Shown: positions 1-7,085 of the stretch, one piece after another
How the letters are laid out: every line of letters starts with the position of its first letter
How positions within the stretch are numbered: position 1 is the first letter of the stretch
Assembly (NCBI GenBank): GCA_018985225.1
Contig: JADGIF010000499.1
Span: forward strand, 1 to 7,561
From: Amoeboradix gromovi X-113
Taxonomy: Eukaryota > Fungi > Sanchytriomycota
DNA: 7,561 nt
Direction: 5' to 3'
The notes under the pieces: generated by a model
What the model was told of the DNA's origin: nothing
Databases searched by the model: none
The model's input: only the letters and a program-made list of their open reading frames with translations
Program-made: the position numbers and the translations under genes

Positions 1-5
1 AAGCG

Positions 6-136
6 TGAGCAATCAGTGTAACGGAGCATCTAGCATTGCTAGTTTCTCTGTGGGAATTCTCGATTTTCTCGGAAATCAGGACTTTTAACGAGGAGATCGC
101 AATTAGAAACAGTCAAAATTTTTGTTTTTTTGCTCA
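6..136 (+). repeat. Dispersed element copy 1 (core 6-92; TGAGCAA...TTGCTCA inverted ends)
   Basis: The core aligns without gaps to 4099-4185 at 70/87 identity (manual count). TGAGCAA (6-12) is the reverse complement of TTGCTCA (130-136). Confidence 0.85.
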
Positions 137-671
137 AAATAAATTAAGCTGGTATATTATCACTTTCATTTCAGAAAAACTTTCATTTTCTTTGATGCAT
201 TACCATCGGTTTCATTTTGTCTTGCTTGTATGAGCTACAGCGCATCAACTGACAGACTTTCTCTATCAATCATAAAATTCAATTTTACTAACTTTTGCAG
301 TTATCATTTCTTTTATGACATATACTTGAATGCTTCGATTATCAAAACAGCAACGTCCGCTGCTCTGTTGAAATTTTTTGTAATACTGTATATCAATCTA
401 ACAGCAATACATTTCTGCAAGGAAAGCTATCCAGCATAGCCTGAAAATTGTTTGCAGAGTCGCTCTGCTGCCCGAGGTCGACCACCAATGGCAACACGAC
501 CGGAGTATAAGGCTAAGTGGATAAAAGGTATGCACGTTCAAACCAGTGCGAGAACTAGCGGAGAGCTCATCCCTAAAAAACACTGAATTTGCCTTCGGTC
601 ATATTGGGTCCATTTTTGCAAAGTTTGTACAATTTCTTGGTGCTTGTTGAACTAGGATAAAACAATATCGG

Positions 672-1879
672 ATGGCAAACTCAGATTTGACCGCAACACT
701 CATTAGCGTCCTGTTTATATATAGATTAGATAAATTATTTGATTTTTCGTACTTTTTCTTGAGTAGCCTAGTAATGTATTTGCCTTACACTGTAGAGGAG
801 TATATAGAGAAAATAAAAATAAAACTGCCAAAGAATAAAACGTTGGAATATGATGTAGAAGCATCCTACAAAGATCTTTCGAATGTAGGACTACGTGCAA
901 TGCAAATATTGCCTCGTAGCTATTTACGAAAACATGGCACGCTGGACAAATATTTCTTTTTTGAACAATATCAACAATTGACGTTGTTTAGCATAATGAG
1001 CATGTTCATCATAATGATAATGAGTACAATTGAATACTTTATACCAAGTAACCCCGATTATACAAATATTAGTCTTGGGCTAACCTGGTCAGTTTTTGCC
1101 ATTTTTACTCAATTGATGTTTCTGGGACTAGCGATTGAGTCAAAGTCCCAGTTGCTTCTTATTGGATTAGCAGCAACTCAGGGTTTTTTTGCCGCAAGTT
1201 TGTTTACCATACACTCCAATTTCAGTCAACCATTAATGCAGGTATATTTTGATGTTTCTTCCTATTTTAAGTCCACAAAATGGCTTTCTCAAGTCCTGTT
1301 AGATGAAAAGGTATTTATGCTCGGTTTAACTCTAATATTTAGTATTGTGACAGCCTTGTTAACTGTCCCATTTGTACGCAAATACAAATGTTACTCGATC
1401 GCAAACAAGTCCGAACCCTGGACTGGGGGTTTATTGTACCTCGAAGTAATATCCCCATTGGTAGCAGTTGTATGTTTGCTCTCTTTTGACTCGACTTTTA
1501 TTCATTTTCCTGTTGTTTTAATAGATATCCTGCTGAATGTTTATTTATTTAAAATCCATTGTCAGTCATTCCTTAACATTGCTAAAATCAAATCGGCTGC
1601 CATATTCGCAATAAGCGGGCGCACTAAGATTCAGATTTTTAGAAACACCGTGCTTCTATGCTAATTTAGATCAATTACCTTAACGGTTTCAGCTGCGTTG
1701 TATTTGTGCAATTAATTGGCCCAATCTTACTAAAGATTCAGTCTTTCCTAATGTACTGGTACAAGCCACATGTTATATGGTGGTTTATGTTGAGTTGGAT
1801 AAGTTTAAATCAGATATCTATATTTCTTATGGCTATATTTTTAACCAGCGTCTTAAATACTAGAATACTAGTTGAATAA
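672..1879 (+). CDS. TMEM161: TMEM161-family multi-pass membrane protein, 2 exons (672-1649, 1670-1879), 395 aa
   Basis: Hydrophobic multi-TM ORF with motifs I recognise from TMEM161 proteins: FFEQYQQL (cf. EYQWL) and KIHCQSFLNIAK (cf. HLQAYLNLA). Removing 1650-1669 continues the frame as INYLNGFSCVVFVQLIGPILL (cf. YLCVIALQYVAPL) through a further TM segment to TAA at 1877-1879. The family call is by recognition, not by database search. Confidence 0.8.
1650..1669 (+). other. 20-nt spliceosomal intron (phase 0) in the TMEM161-like gene
   Basis: GTGCTTCTATGCTAATTTAG has GT...AG ends and a CTAAT branch-like motif. It contains the in-frame TAA that ends the unspliced ORF, and its removal restores 69 further codons with family-like sequence. 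Confidence 0.85.
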
Positions 1880-1884
1880 ATAAA
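1875..1884 (+). promoter_or_regulatory. Putative polyadenylation signal overlapping the TMEM161 stop codon
   Basis: AATAAATAAA (two overlapping AATAAA) includes the TAA stop at 1877-1879. Confidence 0.45.
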
Positions 1885-2028
1885 ATACTTGCTGCTGTCA
1901 ATTTATTTGAGGTTTTAATAAAATCTCTGTAGCACCAAGACCAGACACAAATCAAAAGGTAGCCATTGCTGTCACTCATAAGAGTTCCAGCGAAGTTGAT
2001 TGGATTAGCGGTTCGTGTGAAAATTGCA

Positions 2029-2038
2029 TTTATTTATT
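2029..2038 (-). promoter_or_regulatory. Putative polyadenylation signal of the ALDH7 gene
   Basis: Minus-strand AATAAATAAA starts about 10 nt after the stop codon. Confidence 0.45.
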
Positions 2039-2047
2039 CCACTGCAG

Positions 2048-3601
2048 TTATTCAAATGTAATTCCCTGTGCTAGCGGCAGTTTTTTCGAATAATTAATCG
2101 TGCAAGTTGATTGTCGACAGTATAGCTTCCATGAATCACTACCACTCTCTCTTCCCCATCCAGTTTCTTTATTTCCACCAAATGCTCCCCCAATTTCTGC
2201 TCCATTTGTTGGTATGTTAACATTTACAATTCCGCAATCGCTACCGTTAGGCCCAATCCATTTAAACATGTTTGTTATGTCTTCCGTAAATAGACTGCTA
2301 GATAGTCCTTGCTGTACATTGTTGTTAATTTTAATGGCTTCATCTATGTTCTTGATCTTTATTGCATGGACAACCGGAACAAACACTTCATGCTGTAAGA
2401 GATCAGAATCTTTATCTATTTCGCTTATAGTAGGAAAAACAAAATTTCCATTACAACCTTCGTGCTTCTTTGTTGTACTACTTATGACTTTGCCCCCGCA
2501 TCGAATCTTACCCCCTTGCTTTTTAATCGACTGCACCAATGATTCATATTGCAAAACTTGGTTATGAGAATGCAATGGTCCACAGAGAGTACCCGGAACC
2601 AAGGGATCACCAATCTTAATTGTTTTATAAGCAACTGTTAACTTATCTAGAAATTCATCGTATATATTCTCGTGCAATAGTAGCCTACGTGTTGTAGTGC
2701 ACCTCTGCCCACTTGTACCCACACTAGCAAACAATGCACCTCTAACAGCCATATCAATGTTGGCATCTTCTAAAACAATTAAAGCATTATTGCCGCCGAG
2801 CTCCAACAAAGTTTGACCGCACCATTTGGCGCGCTCCTCATTTACGATTTTCCCGATCTTTGTACTTCCTGTAAACGATAACAAAGCAACACGACGATCG
2901 TTTACTAAAATCTTACCAACGTCCACATCGCCTAAAATTAAACTGCTTAGTGCTACAGGCAGAGAATGTCGCTTGAAAACTTGTTGAACTAGGTGATTTG
3001 TAGCAATTGCTGTTAATGGAGTGGTCGGTGAGGGTTTCCAAACTACAGAATTTCCAGTAATCCAAGCTAATGCAGCATTCCATCCAAACACGGCGTTAGG
3101 AAAGTTGAATGCAGTAATACACCCAACAACACCAAGAGGATTAAATACCTCAAGCATAGCATGATTTGGCCTTTCAGAAGGAATAACTTTACCATTCAAC
3201 ATACGGCTTAAACCAACAGCATAATCACATATATCTATGGTTTCTTGGACCTCACCTAGTGCTTCTTCGTATATTTTGCCCATTTCCAGTGAGATTATTA
3301 AAGCCAATTCTCCTTTATTGGCCGCAAAGGCATCACGGATATCCTTTACAATTAATCCACGCTGAGGAGCAGGAATATTTGCAAATTGTTTGTACGCTTT
3401 GTGTGCATTCGTAATTGCTGCCTTCATATCATCCGCTGTATTATGTTTTACAGAAGCCAGTATCTTGTTAGTGCTTGGACTTCTAATGTCAACTGTGCCT
3501 TGCGTTGAAAAGTACTTTTCTTTGATTCCAATCCATTCACCAGGCAATTCAGTTGGCAGCTTAACATGCAACGTTCTTTTGATGTAAAATAGCCTTGACA
3601 T
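2048..3601 (-). CDS. ALDH7A1: Aldehyde dehydrogenase family 7 (antiquitin / alpha-aminoadipic semialdehyde dehydrogenase), 517 aa, intronless
   Basis: ALDH motifs ITAFNFP, WKPSPTTP, SFTGST, LELGGNNA (catalytic Glu) and GTSGQRCTT (catalytic Cys). ALDH7-typical segments SDCGIVNVNIPTNGAEIGGAFGG, GRESGSDSWK and C-terminal LPLAQGI. The basic N-terminus lacking acidic residues (MSRLFYIKRTLHVK) may be a mitochondrial presequence (inference). Confidence 0.95.
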   Translation of the reverse strand: MSRLFYIKRTLHVKLPTELPGEWIGIKEKYFSTQGTVDIRSPSTNKILASVKHNTADDMKAAITNAHKAYKQFANIPAPQRGLIVKDIRDAFAANKGELALIISLEMGKIYEEALGEVQETIDICDYAVGLSRMLNGKVIPSERPNHAMLEVFNPLGVVGCITAFNFPNAVFGWNAALAWITGNSVVWKPSPTTPLTAIATNHLVQQVFKRHSLPVALSSLILGDVDVGKILVNDRRVALLSFTGSTKIGKIVNEERAKWCGQTLLELGGNNALIVLEDANIDMAVRGALFASVGTSGQRCTTTRRLLLHENIYDEFLDKLTVAYKTIKIGDPLVPGTLCGPLHSHNQVLQYESLVQSIKKQGGKIRCGGKVISSTTKKHEGCNGNFVFPTISEIDKDSDLLQHEVFVPVVHAIKIKNIDEAIKINNNVQQGLSSSLFTEDITNMFKWIGPNGSDCGIVNVNIPTNGAEIGGAFGGNKETGWGRESGSDSWKLYCRQSTCTINYSKKLPLAQGITFE

Positions 3602-4098
3602 AAAGTATGAAGGAGAGAATTTATAGCTACCTAATTTACTTGAACAGCTGATTCATCTTGATTACCTGAATCCTGTGGCTCGAATAGTCTTTCATAACTG
3701 TGTAAAATCTTGATATTCTCTCTTTTCTTTTCCAATCCAAATTATCTCAGCAGAATATGGAGGATCTAGAGATCACTGAGAGGAACAGAACAACTTCTTT
3801 TAAAGAAACTATCAGATACCTATATACAGTAGGAAAGAGATTTGTTTAACGCTTACAAGATGCTCAGTAGCAATTTAAAATCTCCACCTCTTCCTCCCAA
3901 CAAGATCATCTTGTTTACTAGGCTTTCATAAAGGAAGAAAAAGAAGGTCATGAAGGACAAACCCATACTTTGTCTAAGGATTTCTTGGGTGCCAGCAAAT
4001 TGAAGGCATTAAAAGTGGAGGAAGACCATATGGCAACAACTAAAATAACATTGAAATACATGAATTTTATTCAGTTGCTTCTCAGTCCAGTGGAAGGT

Positions 4099-4232
4099 TG
4101 AGCAACGATTGTAATAGAGCGACTAGGGTTTTTAGTTTCTCTGCGGAAATTCTTAATTTTCTCCGAAATCAGGACTTTTAATGAGACGCATATTTATTTT
4201 AATATTTAAAAACGATGGAGTCAATATGCTTA
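4099..4232 (+). repeat. Dispersed element copy 2 (core 4099-4185)
   Basis: Shares TGAGCAA, TAGTTTCTCTG and GAAATCAGGACTTTTAA with copy 1. GGTTGAGCA (4096-4104) and TGCTTAACC (4227-4235) form an imperfect inverted pair. Confidence 0.85.
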
Positions 4233-4431
4233 ACCATATCCTGGAATTTACAGCCAATAGTGTGGCCAAAATGAGTAAAGATAACATTTCAATCACGTCG
4301 TTTTAAAAGTTGACGTATCATTAACATAGTGGTCCGACTAGCGGTAGTGACAGTTAGGTGTCTATTATTTGCTTGAAATGTCCCCCAAAATCGTGAACTG
4401 GTCCTCTATGTTCCCATTTAACAGCTTATAT

Positions 4432-4782
4432 TCATTGTCTGATATTCGGGAGTATATTATCGCATATTATATCCATTACATGTATTTGTACGTGTACTAG
4501 ATTTTCCGGACTGGCTAACGCTTGTACTCTTAATTCTTCTGTTAAGTTCAATTGGAACATTGAGTCTTCCAGTATAAATCTATTATGTATTTCTGCCAAT
4601 ATGCTTGCCGATTTGCTATTCATATACTTGTTATATTCTATTAGAAATAGAATGTTTTCCTCACTGAAGCATTCCTTCGAAACCTTTAGTAACAAAGCTG
4701 TAGGATATTCCTTATTTCGTATCTTCAATTTTCCACTATTGCTGTTATTGCTATGAGTAAATAGGTGTAAATCTAATAACAT
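4432..4782 (-). CDS. RGS (regulator of G-protein signalling) domain ORF, 116 aa; possibly the surviving 3' end of a longer or decayed gene
   Basis: RGS hallmarks: ECFSEENILFL (SxENxxF), IHNRFI...FQLNL (I...FI......NI) and QIHVMDII.DNILP. The frame stays open about 19 codons upstream of the ATG (to about 4839), so the true start is uncertain. Confidence 0.7.
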   Translation of the reverse strand: MLLDLHLFTHSNNSNSGKLKIRNKEYPTALLLKVSKECFSEENILFLIEYNKYMNSKSASILAEIHNRFILEDSMFQLNLTEELRVQALASPENLVHVQIHVMDIICDNILPNIRQ

Positions 4783-5631
4783 ATGATATTCTTGACAAGA
4801 AGCTACGAAGATTAAGAAATCAAGCCACCGGAAATTAAGCTATTTTTCAAGTAATGAGTTACTCAGCCTGATACACCAGCCGTGTTGAATGTAGAACAGT
4901 AAGTCCTTTATGGTCTTCTAAGCCTAAGCAACATGGATATATACCATTCCGGCATATTTTCGCCTATTTTAACATCACCAACGTCCTGACGACCACAGTT
5001 TCCACATTTGAACAAGCAACTATTTACATTTTCTTGACCAATGGGTCGCATATAGAATAAGTAATAGTGAAATGTTCTCCATTTATAACAAATTGACTTA
5101 AACTACGATGTTTTCATGAATATGCTAGCCATCGGTTCACCCCATATAAAGTTGACTACAAGTAGCGATAACGTTCTATTGCGTTTCCTTATATGCCAGC
5201 TTGCTTTCTTTTTCCGCCTGTTAATAGACTTTCTTTGACTAGAATTCAGCTGCAACACGATCTTACATCACAGTGGGTGTACTGGCGTATGCGGGGACCC
5301 ATTTAAACGTCAATGCTCTTATGTTTGTCAAAATTCTCACGACTTGATGATGAGTTTTATTTAATAAATTATTTATCGAGAGTGAATTTTTATGTAATAC
5401 TTTTCTTTTCTGGACACTTCGAATAGGATAAAAACGCGATATCATATATACTCGTAATTCATCAATAACAAGTAGTACTAAACCTCGCGATCCTGAACAT
5501 GTCGGATTTAAAGAAATAATAGCAAAGATAGTATACACCCATCGACATTGAGAAAAAAAGTGCCAATAGAGATGATACGCAGCAAAGAATGTACATATTA
5601 AACCCAATTCAACGTCAAGGTAGTGAAAACA

Positions 5632-5758
5632 TGAGCAATCACTGCAATTGGAGAAATTAACTTCTCTGTGGATATTCTCGATTTCTTAGAAACCGCGTTT
5701 TTAATGATGAGTCTGAATTAATCTATTAATATTGTGAAAGCTATCGTTGAAATACTTG
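5632..5758 (+). repeat. Dispersed element copy 3 (core 5632-5711; about 11-nt deletion in hairpin 1)
   Basis: TGAGCAATCA.TG.AA, TTCTCTGTGG..ATTCTCGATTT and TTTTAATGA match copies 1 and 2. A weaker 3' extension (TTAATATT...AATA) resembles copy 2. The right boundary is approximate. Confidence 0.75.
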
Positions 5759-5795
5759 GTACGGTTTTCTATTTCATATGCTGCAATTTAAATAA

Positions 5796-5801
5796 TTTAT
5801 T
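5796..5801 (-). promoter_or_regulatory. Putative polyadenylation signal overlapping the Hsp40 stop codon
   Basis: The minus strand reads CAG-TAATAAAT, so AATAAA overlaps the TAA stop. Confidence 0.45.
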
Positions 5802-7033
5802 ACTGTTGCCCACATTGTACGCGTTCACCATGTGTATGATCTTCATCGTCGTCGTTTTTGTTTGCTTCTTGTTCTAAATCTTTTATATCTCTGTCGCTGA
5901 CACTTACGGCATTCACTGGCAATGCTTCCATAACTGCGCTTGATTTAGGCTGGTCTTGCTGCCAAGGTAACAAACTCTTCAAAGATTCGATATTAGCTGG
6001 TGAAAAGAACGACTGGGTTGGGAACACAACATCAAATACTAAGAATAGATTTCCTGGTTGGTGATGTCTCCTGCTAGGCATACCTTCATTCAGTACCATT
6101 TTTGTCGATCCTAAGTTAAAATAAAGTACCTGGTGTGATCTCATTAGCATTTACATTGATACAAAGTGTTCTATTATCTAAGTGTTTTAATAAGATGGAA
6201 CCGCCGCATAAAGCAGTAGACAAAGGCACTTGGCAAGTAACAGTAAGATGGTTACCTTTTCTTTGAAATCTGTCGTGAGGTTGGACATCTAAAATAATAA
6301 CAACATCACCAGGAATAACATCCGGCTCCTGGTCACCCTCGCCAGCAAATCTGATGGTTTCTTCATGTGCCATACCGCGCTCAACATGAACTTCTAAAAT
6401 CTTGCGTTCTTTTGCAGTGCACTTACCATTACAAGCTTTACACAAGAAGGCAGGATCAATCGACTTACCAGCACCGCGACAGGTAGGACATACAGTCTGC
6501 ATTTGCTGGATCATTGGACCGATTTGACGAACAATCATTTTCACACCAGTACCACGGCACTCCGAACAAGTTGATTGCATGCCTTTCTCTTTGGCCCCAC
6601 TCCCTTCACATTGTTGGCAAAGAGTAGTCTTATTTAAAGCAAGCTTTGTGGTTTTGCCTTTGTAAACATCCTCGAGAGTCACTTTAAGAACATGGGCTAC
6701 ATCTTTACCGCGCTGCTGGCGTTGTTGTCTTCCGCCACTTTGGCCACCGAACATTCCACCAAAGAATTGACTGAATATATCACTAGGATCATGGAATCCA
6801 CCCATTCCACCTAGTCCCTGCTCACCATATTGATCATACATTTGTCTTTTCTCTGGATCGCTAAGTACTTCAAAAGCACCACTTATGTCTTTAAATTTGT
6901 CTGCTGCTTCTGGAGAGGAATTCTTATCTGGATGATATTTGAGTGCCAATTTCCTGTAAGCCTTTTTAATCTCATTGTCACCAGCTCCTGGAGATACACC
7001 TAATAAATCGTAAAATTTTGTATCCTTCACCAT
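5800..7033 (-). CDS. YDJ1: Type I Hsp40 co-chaperone (Ydj1/Mas5/DNAJA), 2 exons (7033-6130, 6110-5800), 404 aa, C-terminal CAAX (CGQQ)
   Basis: [13 protein letters not shown] start, J-domain with HPD, G/F-rich linker and four zinc-finger repeats ([32 protein letters not shown]). The spliced junction reads [16 protein letters not shown], and the protein ends in an acidic tail followed by VQCGQQ*. Confidence 0.95.
6111..6129 (-). other. 19-nt spliceosomal intron (phase 1) in the Hsp40 gene
   Basis: The minus strand reads GTACTTTATTTTAACTTAG, with GT...AG ends and a TTAAC branch-like motif. Excision joins the two track ORFs (6116-7033 and 5800-6150) into one full-length Ydj1-like protein. Confidence 0.92.
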
Positions 7034-7070
7034 TTTAAAACAACGGACTACATCTGAAATTTTGTAGATT

Positions 7071-7085
7071 GGAGATTTCTAGAAG
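7071..7085. promoter_or_regulatory. Putative heat shock element upstream of the Hsp40 gene
   Basis: gGAGatTTCtaGAAg consists of three alternating nGAAn units, one imperfect, with a perfect TTCtaGAA core. It lies about 40-50 bp upstream of the start codon of a chaperone gene. Confidence 0.5.

Noticed and set aside
715-900. 61-aa minus-strand ORF (and the 398-583 ORF)
   Set aside because: Short with no motifs; the 715-900 ORF is antisense to TMEM161.
2100-2567. 155-aa + strand ORF (and the 3390-3587 ORF)
   Set aside because: Antisense shadows of the strongly supported ALDH7 gene, with no recognisable motifs.
3922-4101. About 60-codon + strand open frame (KEEKEGHEGQ...) ending at the start of repeat copy 2
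   Set aside because: No upstream start codon or recognisable homology; the length is compatible with chance.
4117-4175. Hammerhead-like GAAAC-stem-GUC on the minus strand of repeat copy 2
   Set aside because: No correctly placed CUGANGA core, and the GUC/stem III junction is not conserved in copies 1 and 3.
4840-4964. Candidate 23-nt (GTAACT...AAATAG) and 21-nt (GTATAT...GCTTAG) minus-strand introns upstream of the RGS ORF
   Set aside because: Both lack the YTAAYTTAG end, and splicing them does not give a continuous open frame into the RGS domain.
6-5711. CRISPR array or integron attC interpretation of the repeats
   Set aside because: The copies are kilobases apart, the context is eukaryotic, and there is no cas gene, integrase or RYYYAAC/GTTRRRY core.
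5704-5716. Box C (ATGATGA) followed by box D (CTGA), suggesting a snoRNA
   Set aside because: The boxes are only 2 nt apart and are absent from the other repeat copies.
5858-6064. 68-aa + strand ORF
   Set aside because: Antisense to Hsp40 exon 2.
5800-6150. Separate 116-aa gene, or a frameshifted or pseudogenised DnaJ
   Set aside because: It is exon 2 of the Hsp40 gene. A canonical GT-AG 19-nt intron explains the frame change.
672-7033. Alternative genetic code (TAA/TAG read-through) to explain the broken ORFs
   Set aside because: The conserved genes end properly at TAA and contain no internal TAA/TAG. The breaks also change frame, which read-through cannot fix.
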